Shown: positions 36,801 to 48,323 of the stretch, one piece after another
Position numbering within the stretch: the stretch's first letter is position 1
Layout: every line of letters begins with the position of its first letter
NCBI GenBank assembly: GCA_030167865.1
Contig: JALAGF010005790.1
Span: 1 to 64,000, forward strand
Source: Craspedostauros australis
Lineage: Eukaryota
Length of the DNA stretch: 64,000 nucleotides
Direction: 5' to 3'
The notes under the pieces: generated by a model
Seen by the model: only the letters and a program-made list of their open reading frames with translations
Told to the model about the DNA's origin: nothing
Database searches by the model: none
Made by a program: the position numbers and the translations under genes

Positions 36801-38055
36801 ACTGAGCATTAAAACAGAACTGTCAAAATTATTTATTAAAAAGAACGGAAAATTCTATGCTTGCTTATTTCCACAATTTTTTCAAAAAATAAAATTAAGC
36901 TCATCTACACAAAAATTGAGTTTTACTCCCATAATTCAATCTTCAACGAAATTAAAATCTCAAGTCCGCATTCAAGAGCGTACATTATTACTTCAAAATT
37001 TAGATTGTGCTAAAAATAAGTATTTAACAAATTCTAGGCAAAAGTCTTGTTTAACTTTATTAAATTTCATTGAACAACCCTTTACACGATCTACTAAAGT
37101 AATAGGTTTATACTCTATTACTGAAGATTTTTTTGAAAATGATGTTAATAGTGTATTTTGTCAAAATAGTGAATTTATTGAATCCGGGAAAACTTTAGGA
37201 TTATTAAACCTTGAAAAAGAAATTACGGGTGATATTGTTCAGGGTTTACCTAGGATTGAAGAAATTTTAGAAGCTAGGAAGAAAAACTTAATTCTTAAAC
37301 GTATTCCTACAAGTCAGAAAAAAGGTTTATTAATTCAGAAAACTAGCTTAGATACAAGTTTTGAGTTTAAAAAGTTAGGTTTACCTGTTCAAGAAAATGA
37401 TAAAATAAATCCCCATAAATTATTAAAAGTTTATTTTAATTATTATGGTTTTATTAAATTTTTTATATGTGAAAGGACTAGTGAAATTCAATCAAATCGC
37501 TTGCTAAATAATTATGAGGGAACTTATAAAAGTTTTAAAAAAGTTCAGGCTTTTATTTTACATTCAGTTCAAGAGGTTTATCAATCTCAAGGAGTAACTA
37601 TTAATGATAAACATTTAGAAGTTATGATTAAACAAATGACGACAAAAGTTTTAATTACTCATGACGGAGATACTCCATTACTACGTCAGGAAGTTATTGA
37701 TTTATATCATATCAAATATATTAATAAAATTATAACTGGCGAACATAAACAAATTGCTTCATATGTTCCATTATTATTAGGAATTAGTAAAGCTGCTTTA
37801 AATAACCCTAGTTTTATCTCCGCAGCTAGTTTTCAAGAAACAACTAGAGTTTTAACGAAAGCAGCAATTGAAGGTCACATTGATTGGCTACGAGGTTTAA
37901 AAGAAAATATTATTATTGGACATTTAATTCCTGCTGGTACTGGCTCTAAAATTTATCGTGCATGTTTTAAAAAACCAAGTCAAAAAAATTTATGGATTAA
38001 AGAGCGACTGACTCAAATTTCTAATACTGAAAAAAAGTCTAGACAAGTATTTTAA
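33802..38055 (+). CDS. rpoC2: RNA polymerase beta'' subunit
   Basis: GEPGTQLTMRTFHTGG; SFISAASFQETT. Confidence 0.99.
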   Translation: MKDHIYQNTLIGKKQLRHLLAWSFTNYNSMQACYLADELKYLGFKYATQAGISISLEDLKVPFVKTLMISKANQEIINAEKLYLKGKITDVERFQKIIDTWSLTSESLKDQIIYYFKNYDPLNSVYIMAFSGARGNLSQVRQLVGMRGLMSDPSGEIMNLPIKKNFREGLTITDYLMSGYGARKGIVDTALKTANSGYLTRRLIDVAQDILIREKDCLTEHSFLFNHLLSEEQFNYDQILGRVLNKPVLDPVTQKILIRSNTQITSNLIDELKQNNIIKFYIRSPLTCSLYRAICQQCYGWDLANENLIDIGEAIGILAGQSIGEPGTQLTMRTFHTGGIFTSEARQQILSPINSIIRYYKFLKTVLLRTNRGEDVLVSKNNGSLILIPENPQHKVIQINILRNTILFPKNNQYILKDTVIGELINKNKQIRIEIKPIVSNDSGEIYIPKLKKKLNLLNQDNKLIWLLAGQLYNSPKYSFVNFYSDYKLNTASYIFRTKIINHYNAFIACLNSKSTLYERNLKLKNIKYFWKTASLTLLEQKLELRNSLLQIDGFKYLVNIKKNSNKYFLQLTRNEQLGQLITNSFQTQTGGIIYYDYQTISKNQNNHITYVPNLSSKNICSPIVLYRTIIWLQEEIHRVNCEPKILLVEHGDVISKNLELIPGLFSKTSGFVILRLKNNLVKTITIKSGAVYKGGKGKNSIKKLYYPGEIIFSNIVAKTLSFCEQIIGKKSKQLVVRPIQFYEISYLKRLPTTLTNNNSLTKLFSLQTLKSYVYKPNQIIQGIQPLNLLVISLLFKLTKLFTQNTTLQLDNLGYKKEINLIVYEKVSLTNYVLPYLKNKDISSCFLLQPKQFVSQYTVLGYLESITKNSLEIIKFRIKTSRTKQILLISNNECLVVPKKNLFDKKLNDFILTTEKVKQSGKIIFENKDFFTVQKGRSYFFPNCQTNDLNSIINLQYKFVAPNRSKSRFKTLRNIGLNYKNILKFLVQRPTQSMTKVPSQLSIKTELSKLFIKKNGKFYACLFPQFFQKIKLSSSTQKLSFTPIIQSSTKLKSQVRIQERTLLLQNLDCAKNKYLTNSRQKSCLTLLNFIEQPFTRSTKVIGLYSITEDFFENDVNSVFCQNSEFIESGKTLGLLNLEKEITGDIVQGLPRIEEILEARKKNLILKRIPTSQKKGLLIQKTSLDTSFEFKKLGLPVQENDKINPHKLLKVYFNYYGFIKFFICERTSEIQSNRLLNNYEGTYKSFKKVQAFILHSVQEVYQSQGVTINDKHLEVMIKQMTTKVLITHDGDTPLLRQEVIDLYHIKYINKIITGEHKQIASYVPLLLGISKAALNNPSFISAASFQETTRVLTKAAIEGHIDWLRGLKENIIIGHLIPAGTGSKIYRACFKKPSQKNLWIKERLTQISNTEKKSRQVF

Positions 38056-38112
38056 TTTTTGTTAAGATTCTTAACTAAACTCTTTAATCTATTTAAGTAA
38101 TTTAAAAAATTT

Positions 38113-38802
38113 ATGTCTGATATTAGTCTATCTCAATTATTAGAAGCCGGGGTTCATTTTGGCCATAAAGCCTATCGATGGAATCCAAAAATGTTTCCGT
38201 ATATTTATAGTGAAGTAAATAGTATTCATATTCTCGATTTAGTTCAATCTGCTACGCTTTTAAAAGAAGCTACTACTTATGTGGAATCGGCTGCACGTAA
38301 AGGTAACACATTTTTATTTATTGGAACTAAAAGACAAGCAAGTACTCTAATCGCTCAAGAGGCAAAAAGGTGTGATTCTTATTATATTAACCACCGTTGG
38401 TTAGGAGGCATGTTAACAAATTGGTCAACGTTAAAAGAGCGAATTAAACGTTTAAAAGTTTTAGAAAAACAGGAAGCTGAGAATAGCTTTGCATTATTGA
38501 CAAAAAAAGAAGCAACTTTACAACGAAAAGAATTATTTAAATTACGAAAACATTTAGAAGGTATCAAAACAATGACTGATTTACCCGATATTGCTATCAT
38601 CATCGATCAAAAACGTGAGATGACAGCTATAAAGGAATGCCGTAAATTAGGAATTCCTATTATCTCGATTTTAGATACAAATTGTGACCCCGATTTAGTA
38701 GATGTGCCTATTCCAGGTAATGATGATGCAGTTCGTTCTTTAAAATTAATTTTGAATTTTTTAACAGAAAGTATACGGATAGGTAAAGCTAATGTTAAAT
38801 AA
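38113..38802 (+). CDS. rps2: ribosomal protein S2
   Basis: [18 protein letters not shown]. Confidence 0.99.
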   Translation: MSDISLSQLLEAGVHFGHKAYRWNPKMFPYIYSEVNSIHILDLVQSATLLKEATTYVESAARKGNTFLFIGTKRQASTLIAQEAKRCDSYYINHRWLGGMLTNWSTLKERIKRLKVLEKQEAENSFALLTKKEATLQRKELFKLRKHLEGIKTMTDLPDIAIIIDQKREMTAIKECRKLGIPIISILDTNCDPDLVDVPIPGNDDAVRSLKLILNFLTESIRIGKANVK

Positions 38803-39406
38803 GTTAAATATTTACTCTTAATAAAACGTAAAATAATTTATTAGTTTTGATTTTAATAGAGATTTTTCAGTTCTCTAATAAATAAAATACTAAAAAGAAA
38901 TTTTATTAAGTCACAATATTGACATATAGGTTGTTCATAATAAACTTAAAGAATATTATGAACAATTTTTTTAACAATTAGGCCACTCAAAAAAATTAAA
39001 TATAAGAATTTAATAAGGATTCTAGTCCAATACCTAATTTATTTACTTAGAGAAATAGAAAACTCTAGTTCATCAGTAGTATTATTAATGTAATTGATTT
39101 GGAATATGCAATTATAATTAACCAGACTAGAAACCAAATGACTTAACTAAAATCAACTAATGATATAGAATTTGATACCCGTCCATTAGATTGTTGGATT
39201 TGATACATGGATTTTAAAAATTTCTTTTTGTTGGAATGAGTTCTAGTATCATTTTAATGAAGAGGGAGGTAAAGTAGATAGTCGATTTATAACGATAGAA
39301 AAACAACTTCACTATGGTGTTAATAATTTATTACCGGAAATACAAAAATATTTTGAATTCCTTCCACATAAGAAAAGAATTTAAAATAAATTGTATTTCT
39401 TCTAAT

Positions 39407-39688
39407 TTAAATATTTTTTAAATGTGCTGCAAGTCTCGATTTGTGACGAGCTGCCATATTTTTATGGAAAACGTTTCGTTTTGTACCTTTGTCTAAAAAA
39501 CTATAAATAGAAGTTAAAGTTTGTTCTAAGTGTTTTTTTGTATCTAAATTTTTTGAAACTTTATAGTTTTCTAAATTTTCAAAAAAATTTTTTCTCAATG
39601 TTCGAAATGAACTTTTATAGTATTTATTTTGTATTTTATTCCGTTGAGCTATTTGAATACGGTTTTTTGCAGATTTATTGTTAGCCAT
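39407..39688 (-). CDS. rps20: ribosomal protein S20
   Basis: MANNKSAKNRI; HKNMAARHKSRL. Confidence 0.96.
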   Translation of the reverse strand: MANNKSAKNRIQIAQRNKIQNKYYKSSFRTLRKNFFENLENYKVSKNLDTKKHLEQTLTSIYSFLDKGTKRNVFHKNMAARHKSRLAAHLKNI

Positions 39689-39862
39689 ATAATTAAAAGA
39701 AAGAAAAGTGATTTGATATTATAATTTTCTTTAATGTAATATATTTAAGAAAAAATGAAAAGTTGTTAAGGAAAAAAAATTTATTTAATGAATACGGTTT
39801 AGCACTTGATAAGATTAAATTTTTGAGGCAATATAATAACTAAAATTATTATTTCATATTTT

Positions 39863-40057
39863 ATGGCAAAAAATAAAGGTACGCGAATTTTAATTACTTT
39901 AGAATGTACAATGTGTCGATCAAATTTGAATAAACGGTCTGCAGGTATTTCGAGATACTTAACACAAAAAAATCGTAGAAATAATCCTGAACGACTTGAA
40001 CTAAAAAAGTATTGTCCACACTGTAATAAATCTACTATACATAAAGAAATCAAGTAA
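39863..40057 (+). CDS. rpl33: ribosomal protein L33
   Basis: [19 protein letters not shown]. Confidence 0.98.
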   Translation: MAKNKGTRILITLECTMCRSNLNKRSAGISRYLTQKNRRNNPERLELKKYCPHCNKSTIHKEIK

Positions 40058-40060
40058 ATT

Positions 40061-40279
40061 ATGGCTTTTAAAAAACAAAAAATTTCTCCCATTCCTTTGG
40101 ATCAAAAAATAGACTATAAACAAATTAAATTATTAGAATTATTTATAACTGAGCAAGGAAAAATTTTACCACGTCGAGCGACAGGTGTTACTGTTCAACA
40201 ACAACGAAAATTAGCAAAAGCTATTAAACGTGCTAGAGCTTTATCATTATTACCATTTGTTGGATCAAATATCGTATAA
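40061..40279 (+). CDS. rps18: ribosomal protein S18
   Basis: IDYK...[12 protein letters not shown]. Confidence 0.98.
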   Translation: MAFKKQKISPIPLDQKIDYKQIKLLELFITEQGKILPRRATGVTVQQQRKLAKAIKRARALSLLPFVGSNIV

Positions 40280-40354
40280 ATGTATTTAGAGTTATTATTT
40301 TTTGTATATAATAACTTTAAAACTTTAATTTTAAATTTAAATTTAAAACAAACT

Positions 40355-40855
40355 ATGGGTAATTTTATTGATAAAACCTTTACAGTTATTGCAGATATCC
40401 TTTTAAAAGTATTACCTGCAACTAAGCAAGAAAAACAAGCTTTTTCTTATTATCGCGCTGGTATGGCAGCACAAGCAAAAGGCCGCTATGCGGAAGCCTT
40501 ACAAAATTATTATGAAGCTCTTCAAGCAGAAGAAGATCCCTACGATCGGAGTTATACATTATATAATATTGGTCTAATATATGGAAATACTGGCAAATAT
40601 ACTCAAGCTTTAGAATTTTACCATCAAGCTTTAAGTCTAAATCCAAATCTTCCTCAAGCACTAAATAATGTTGCTGTAATTTATCATTCACAGGCATTAA
40701 GAGCTCAAACATTTGAAGGAGAAGAATATAATGAATTATCTAAAGAATTATTTGATAAAGCCTCAGATTACTGGATTCAAGCATTAAAATTGGCTCCTGA
40801 TAATTATCCTGGAGCTCGAAATTGGCTAAAAGTAACCGGTAGACTTACTGAATAA
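40355..40855 (+). CDS. ycf3: PSI assembly TPR protein Ycf3
   Basis: [27 protein letters not shown]. Confidence 0.97.
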   Translation: MGNFIDKTFTVIADILLKVLPATKQEKQAFSYYRAGMAAQAKGRYAEALQNYYEALQAEEDPYDRSYTLYNIGLIYGNTGKYTQALEFYHQALSLNPNLPQALNNVAVIYHSQALRAQTFEGEEYNELSKELFDKASDYWIQALKLAPDNYPGARNWLKVTGRLTE

Positions 40856-41017
40856 ATATATTTAAAGCATTTTTATCTCAACTTGAATTCTATTCAAGAA
40901 TTCAATTAATTTTGTTGTACAATAATATTTAATTAGTAAACTATAAATTTATTAGTCTTTTTAATTTAGACGAAGAGTGCGAAAGTATATTTATTCTTAG
41001 ATATTTTAATATATTAA

Positions 41018-42451
<1,434 letters not shown>

Positions 42452-42463
42452 GGAGTACAATAT

Positions 42464-42865
42464 ATGGTTATGAACATTCGAGTTCTTACCCCAGACAGAG
42501 TTATTTGCTCAACCACAGCCGATGAGGTAGTTTTACCAGGGTTAACAGGTCAAGTTGGGGTTTTAGAAGGTCACGCAGCGTTAATTACTGCTTTAGATAC
42601 AGGACTATTAAGAATTAAATTAAATGATAAGTGGACTCCTATTATTTTATCTGGTGGACTAGCTGAAATTGATCAAAATAAGGTAACGGTTTTAGTTAAT
42701 GATGTTGAAGAACTTATAACAATTGAATTAAATGAAGCAACGAAAGAATTAGAAAAAGCCACTTCAGCAGTTGAGCTAGCAGATACTAGTAAAGCTCGTT
42801 TAGATGCGTCGGTTAATTTAAAAAAAGCAACTGCTCGTTTAGAAGCAATAAATTATCTATCCTAA
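42464..42865 (+). CDS. atpE: ATP synthase CF1 epsilon
   Basis: Follows atpB; LPGLTGQVGVLEGHA. Confidence 0.97.
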   Translation: MVMNIRVLTPDRVICSTTADEVVLPGLTGQVGVLEGHAALITALDTGLLRIKLNDKWTPIILSGGLAEIDQNKVTVLVNDVEELITIELNEATKELEKATSAVELADTSKARLDASVNLKKATARLEAINYLS

Positions 42866-43009
42866 GTGACATAGCAAACTATAGTTAAACTTAATTCTAA
42901 CAATGTTGTATACTACATCACTATACGTTAAATATTTTAGTTTACCTAACTAAAATATTTAACATTGCTTTCATTTAGAATACTAAATCGAAAAAATAAC
43001 TTTATTTAT

Positions 43010-43744
43010 ATGACACAAAAATTTAATTTTACAAAAACATCGACGGTAATTCTAGAATTACCTTTTTCTGACCATATTGAAGAACTACGACAACGTATTT
43101 TTCTCTTATTTGGAATAATTTTATTATTAACTTGTGGAGCATTTATTGAAGTTAAAAGCTTAGTTAAAATTTTAGAATTACCTATTACTAATGTGAAATT
43201 TTTTCAGCTTTCACCTGGTGAATATTTTATTTCCACATTAAAAATTTCGTTTTATACAGGTTTACTTTTTTCAAGTCCATTTATTATTGGACAGATTATT
43301 CTATTTTTATTACCTGGATTAACTAGAAAAGAAACTAAAATTATTCTACCCTTATTACTGGGTTCATTGATATTATTTGGCTTAGGGTTAGCATTTTCTT
43401 ACTATACTCTAATTCCCGCAGCCTTAAACTTTTTTTTAAATTATAGTGAAGAAGTCTTAGAACCATTTTGGTCATTTGATCAATATTTTGAGTTCATTCT
43501 TGTTCTTTTTTATAGTACTGGGTTATCTTTTCAAATTCCTATTATTCAAATTTTAATTGGATTATTAAATATTGTATCTGCAAAACAAATGTTACGGGCT
43601 TGGAGATATGTAATATTATTCTCGACAATTCTTGGAGCTATTTTAACGCCTTCAACGGATCCACTTACCCAATTATTATTATCTTTAGCAATTTTATTGT
43701 TATATTTTTCAGGATTAGGAATCTTGTTTTTAATCAATACTTAA
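43010..43744 (+). CDS. tatC: Tat translocase TatC
   Basis: SDHIEELRQR; AILTPSTDP. Confidence 0.97.
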   Translation: MTQKFNFTKTSTVILELPFSDHIEELRQRIFLLFGIILLLTCGAFIEVKSLVKILELPITNVKFFQLSPGEYFISTLKISFYTGLLFSSPFIIGQIILFLLPGLTRKETKIILPLLLGSLILFGLGLAFSYYTLIPAALNFFLNYSEEVLEPFWSFDQYFEFILVLFYSTGLSFQIPIIQILIGLLNIVSAKQMLRAWRYVILFSTILGAILTPSTDPLTQLLLSLAILLLYFSGLGILFLINT

Positions 43745-43785
43745 TTTATATAATCTACTATTAATTCTTAGCTAGTATCTAAAAT

Positions 43786-44718
43786 ATGGCAACTAATAAG
43801 TTTTTTAAAAGTCTTTTATTTGCTTTAACATTATTTAGTTTTTGCGTCCAAGACTCGTCAGCATATCCCGTTTTTGCACAACAAAATTATTCTAATCCAC
43901 GTGCGGCAAATGGAAAATTAGCTTGTGCAAATTGTCATTTAAATCAAAAATCTATTGAGATCGAAGCACCACAAGCTGTTCTTCCTAATTCTATTTTTGA
44001 AATAGAAATTAAAGTACCTTATGACACTGCTAAAAAACAAATTGGTGCAAATGGTAAAGAAGCTGATATTAATGTTGGTGGCATCTTAATGTTACCTAAA
44101 GGTTTTAAATTAGCATCAAAAAGTCAAATTTCTGCAGAAGTAAAAGCTAAAAATAAGGGTGTCTTTATTTCACCTTATAGTAGTGAATTTGATAATATTT
44201 TTGTTGTAGGTCCCATTGCTGGTAAAACACATCAAGAATTATTATTCCCAGTAGTTGCACCGGATCCAGAGAAAAATTCTGAGATTAAATATTTAACATA
44301 TCCATTTTATGCTGGTGGAAACCGTGGCCGAGGTCAAGTTTATCCAACAGGAGAAAAAAGTAATGTGAATGTTTTTGGTGCTACTCAAGCAGGTCAAATA
44401 ACACAAATTCAAACTTCTAGTAAAGGTGAATCAAATTTAATAATCGTTAATTCAAATGGTGTAGAAACATCTCAAGTTGTACCAAAAGGTTTAACTTTAG
44501 TGGTTAAAGAAGGAGATATTGTTAAATTAGATCAGAGTCTAAATCTTGATCCTAATATGGGAGGTTTTGGTCAAGAAGAATCTGAATTAGTACTACAAAA
44601 TCCTATTCGAATCTTTGGATACTTAGCATTTTGTTTCTGTGTTCTAGTCACACAAATTTTATTAGTTTTAAAGAAAAAACAATTCGAGAAAGTTCAGGCT
44701 GCCGAACTTAACTTTTAA
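43786..44718 (+). CDS. petA: apocytochrome f
   Basis: YPVFAQQ; CANCH. Confidence 0.99.
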   Translation: MATNKFFKSLLFALTLFSFCVQDSSAYPVFAQQNYSNPRAANGKLACANCHLNQKSIEIEAPQAVLPNSIFEIEIKVPYDTAKKQIGANGKEADINVGGILMLPKGFKLASKSQISAEVKAKNKGVFISPYSSEFDNIFVVGPIAGKTHQELLFPVVAPDPEKNSEIKYLTYPFYAGGNRGRGQVYPTGEKSNVNVFGATQAGQITQIQTSSKGESNLIIVNSNGVETSQVVPKGLTLVVKEGDIVKLDQSLNLDPNMGGFGQEESELVLQNPIRIFGYLAFCFCVLVTQILLVLKKKQFEKVQAAELNF

Positions 44719-44780
44719 ACTTTTTTTAAAATCTTGGAATGATGATTCTATTGCATTCCAAGATTTTAAAAAAAGTTTAA
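44715..44780. terminator. bidirectional stem-loop between convergent petA and petF
   Basis: ttaaactttttttaaaatcttggaatg / cattccaagattttaaaaaaagtttaa. Confidence 0.75.
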
Positions 44781-44783
44781 AAG

Positions 44784-45083
44784 TTAATATAATTCATCTT
44801 CTTGATGAACTAAGATTGTACAATCTGATTTTGGATAAGCAATACATGTTAGCACAAATCCTCCATCTGTTTGCTCTTCATCTAAAAATGTTTGTTCGGA
44901 TTGATCAATTTCTCCTGCACTTACTTTACCTGCACAAGTTGAACAAGCACCTGCCCGACATGAATATGGTAATTCAATACCCTGATCTTCTGCTGCATCT
45001 AAAACAAATACATCATCAGCACAATCAATAGTTGTATTAATATCATGCTCCTCACTTAATAATGTTACTTTATATGTAACCAT
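44784..45083 (-). CDS. petF: ferredoxin [2Fe-2S]
   Basis: [16 protein letters not shown]. Confidence 0.99.
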   Translation of the reverse strand: MVTYKVTLLSEEHDINTTIDCADDVFVLDAAEDQGIELPYSCRAGACSTCAGKVSAGEIDQSEQTFLDEEQTDGGFVLTCIAYPKSDCTILVHQEDELY

Positions 45084-45193
45084 ATAACTCCTTAATCTAA
45101 CTAATTATATCGCAATAGTAAAATTTTTTTACTATTACTTTACTAATGTATATTATATCACGTAAGTTTACTACAAATAAATTTTTTTTTAAT

Positions 45194-45556
45194 TTATTTA
45201 AACGTTTGTTTTAAACGACTAGCTTTCCCTTTTAAATTTCTTAAATAGTATAGTTTTGATCGACGAATTTTGGATGATCTTAATACATTTATTGAATTAA
45301 CTTTAGGCGAATGAATTAAGAAAATTCTTTCAATTCCTATACCTTGTAAAGTTTTACGAACTGTAATTGTTGTATTAATTGAACTATTTTTTTGGGCAAT
45401 AATTGTCCCTTCATAAAATTGAACTCGTTCTTTATCTCCTTCAATAATTTTAACACCAATTTTTACATTATCTCCAATTTTTAAAATAGGTAAATTGGTT
45501 TTCATAAAATTTGTTTCAAGGCTTCTGATTATTTTTTCTGCATTTAATTTAACCAT
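45194..45556 (-). CDS. rpl19: ribosomal protein L19
   Basis: ERVQFYEG; RRSKLYYLR. Confidence 0.98.
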   Translation of the reverse strand: MVKLNAEKIIRSLETNFMKTNLPILKIGDNVKIGVKIIEGDKERVQFYEGTIIAQKNSSINTTITVRKTLQGIGIERIFLIHSPKVNSINVLRSSKIRRSKLYYLRNLKGKASRLKQTFK

Positions 45557-45769
45557 AAATTCTAATTATTAAATGTAATTATTTATTCTTATTGAGTTTA
45601 CAACTATATGTAAAAAAAAACAATACGAAAAATAAAAATATCAATTAAAATGTAATAATTTAAACTCTTTTTTTTAACTTTAAATACTAAGAAAAATACT
45701 CGTTAATGACTTTCAAACGAGGTAGTTAAAATTATCCTTACAGTCAAAAATGAAGATTAATGTAAAGTA

Positions 45770-45848
45770 TAGTAAAGAAAAAAAATTCTAAAAAGTGACT
45801 CCTAGTCTGTTGCTATGCAACACCAAATGAAAGTTAAAGAAATAATAT
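45770..45848 (+). repeat. left terminal inverted repeat (79 bp)
   Basis: tagtaaagaaaaaaaattctaaaaagtgactcctagtctgttgctatgcaacaccaaatgaaagttaaagaaataatat. Confidence 0.92.
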
Positions 45849-46881
45849 GACGAAAAATTTCTTAAATAAAATGACAAAATTAAAAAAAAGTAAAGAGTTA
45901 AAAAGTAACTAAACAAAATAGAGGGCATGTATTTGGAATTGTATTACATCCTAAGTTTCCAGATGATTACATATCACCGGTTTGGAATGAATTGGATAAT
46001 GGTAAGATTGTGGAATAATTAGAAGTTTTAAAGTTTCCAATTAAGTTTGACGTTAGTGAGTTGTTGAATTCAATATTATTTCCAACATTAAAAGGAAATC
46101 TAAATGAAACGCTAGATTGGTGATTTCAGCTTGAATTTGGAGATGAAAATGGAGTTCCACATTATCAAGCTTATGCCGAATTAAAATCTTTATCACATAT
46201 TTCAGATGTAAGAAGGGTTATTAATGACTCATTTGACACTTTTAACTCTGTTGAAATAGTATATAACAAACAAGGTATTGATGAATATTGTCAGAAGCCA
46301 ATTAAACATTTAAACATACTTGGAAACTAGACTATTTAGAAAAAAAACCACAATTACAGACTGTTTTAGATAATCCATACCCTTGGCAACGATATTTGCA
46401 TCAGGTACTAAGTGAATTACCTGATGATAGATGTATTAATTGGGTGGTAGATACAGTAGGTAATTCTGGTAAATTAGCTTTTTATATGTCTTACGTTAGT
46501 CAAGAGTCAACAGATGCAATTTACTTATCATTAGATAATTTAGATCGTATGACTTTATCTTTAGTCATAAAGATTCAGGAATATCGAAAAAGATATAATA
46601 AAGATCCTAGAGTTATAATGTTTGATTTTCCTCGAAATGTTGATGTCATCAATATGAATAGATCGACATCTTTAATGGAACAAGTGAAATCAGGTGTCAT
46701 TGAAACAAATTTTAGTGGTCATCATAAGGAAGTCGCTATACCAAACATTCATGTTTTAGTATTTTCAAATCAAGTACATGATTTGTCAATATTATCAGAA
46801 GATCGTTGGTTGATTTGGAGATTATCGGGAGAACAATTTAATCACGTTCTGTGTTCCGTTAAGATACCCTTTGGGGTTTAG
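45847..46881 (+). pseudogene. CRESS-DNA-virus-type Rep (HUH endonuclease + SF3 helicase), disrupted
   Basis: FQLEFGDENGVPHYQAY (motif II), DEYCQK (motif III), WVVDTVGNSGK (Walker A), IMFDFPR (Walker B), VLVFSN (motif C), LSEDRW; stops at 46016 and 46121, frameshifts ~45900 and ~46310. Confidence 0.8.
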
Positions 46882-46910
46882 TTCAAAACTTACTAAAATT
46901 ACAAATAATT

Positions 46911-47114
46911 TTACTCAAACATAAGGAGAAAACTTATGACTTTTGAAAATGAGTCACTACCTGATGAATGAGCTGGTTGTATTACTGAGCCAAACACAAA
47001 TAGGGCCATTAGCGCAGCAATTATTGACCTACGAAATTTACCAGACTTTTTATAAAAATAGAAAAACAGACCTAAAAATATTAAAGGTCTCAAGAAAAAA
47101 AGTTCCTTTTTCAA
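46911..47114 (-). pseudogene. truncated paralog of the leader region of the 249-aa toxin-like ORF
   Basis: FLGLFFYFYKKSGKFRRSIIAA...PAHSS vs FLGLFFYLYKTTGKFRQSLIGA...PAHSS; both start at TTG. Confidence 0.75.
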
Positions 47115-47136
47115 AAATTATACATAGGTTATTAAA

Positions 47137-47649
47137 ATGACATTGCAAAATGGTAATTTAAATCGTAAATCATTAAAAACATTGTATTTAATTGTCTGCT
47201 CTTGGTTTTTTCTTAGTGTTTATTTTGAGTATTATTCATCTAAGCTTTTTTATAATTGTTATGATAATATTTACCGAAAGAATCTTTATAAAAGTATTAA
47301 ATTGAGGGAAAATTTTAATTTTAAAACTATAATAAAATTTATTCTTCGTTATTTTTTAAAATTTTTTAAAAATTGGGTTGAACGTATTAGTAAAAAATTT
47401 TCTTTTGTACTTTCCTCAATCAACTTACTGATTGAGATCTTAAAAGTTTTAAGACTGAAATTTCAGTCAATATTTAAATTTAAATATAATTTTTGCCTGT
47501 TAAAAATTTTGGTACTCTCTTTTTGGCAATTTTTTATGATATTCTATTCGTTTGTCGATGAGCTGCTTTTTATCCATAATATAATTAAATTTGTAGTTAA
47601 GTGGAGGCAGTTTATATTACTTTTAATGTTGGAATCTGTGTTAAAATGA
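47137..47649 (+). CDS. hypothetical basic/hydrophobic protein
   Basis: 170-aa ORF; stop overlaps the next ATG (ATGA). Confidence 0.4.
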   Translation: MTLQNGNLNRKSLKTLYLIVCSWFFLSVYFEYYSSKLFYNCYDNIYRKNLYKSIKLRENFNFKTIIKFILRYFLKFFKNWVERISKKFSFVLSSINLLIEILKVLRLKFQSIFKFKYNFCLLKILVLSFWQFFMIFYSFVDELLFIHNIIKFVVKWRQFILLLMLESVLK

Positions 47650-48071
47650 GCTTTGTATACATTCTATACTTGATTCTTCTAGGGCTATTTGGTGTATTAT
47701 TGGGCTTTTTATTAGGTATGTGTAGCCGCAACAAAGAGATATATCTGTTCACTCTCGTACGTTTATTAGAAATTCTTTATACTAACGGATTTGATTCTGT
47801 TTTATTGGAATGTTTTCATGATTCATCTTTGCAACCGAATAAAGCTGAGCAGTTTTCTAAATTTTCTTTAAAAACTCTCGAACAAATTAAGCCGCGTCCG
47901 GAAAAAATAATGTTAAAAGAACCAGATACAATCTCTCAAATACCATTACCAATTTTGAGTGATCCATTTTTATATACAGACATCTATTATATTTTGGAAG
48001 AACCCACAAATTATAAATTTGAATTATTTAAATTCTATCAAAATGTGAATGAGAAAGTAATATCTATATAA
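47646..48071 (+). CDS. hypothetical protein with N-terminal TM helix
   Basis: MSFVYILYLILLGLFGVLLGFLLGM; ATGA coupling to the upstream ORF. Confidence 0.5.
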   Translation: MSFVYILYLILLGLFGVLLGFLLGMCSRNKEIYLFTLVRLLEILYTNGFDSVLLECFHDSSLQPNKAEQFSKFSLKTLEQIKPRPEKIMLKEPDTISQIPLPILSDPFLYTDIYYILEEPTNYKFELFKFYQNVNEKVISI

Positions 48072-48323
48072 TTCAACACAGCGAATTTGATTACACAATA
48101 ATCCTGATCGTCTGGAATTCGATCGGTTCGTTTTTGACTAATGAGACGTTTTTGGGGTAGTTAAATTTCGGTCCGTTTTTTTTATTTTAGGGGACTAAAA
48201 TTTAACTGCCATTCCTTTTATAATTTTTTCATCGTAAGTGTGATAGTATCTGCGTTTTTTCTTCAGCGTAAACCTAACTTTTTTCATTTTTTGTTTCCCA
48301 TTTTAACGGGTTAGTCTAACCAA

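Noticed and set aside
27900..37200. Long low-similarity insertions in RpoB and RpoC2 as inteins or introns
   Set aside because: Frames are continuous with no intein termini or splice signals; variable regions are typical of diatom plastid polymerases
45935..45955. TTGTATTAC as a CRESS nonanucleotide origin
   Set aside because: One mismatch to TAGTATTAC, only a weak stem, inside the Rep frame, and likely by chance in AT-rich DNA
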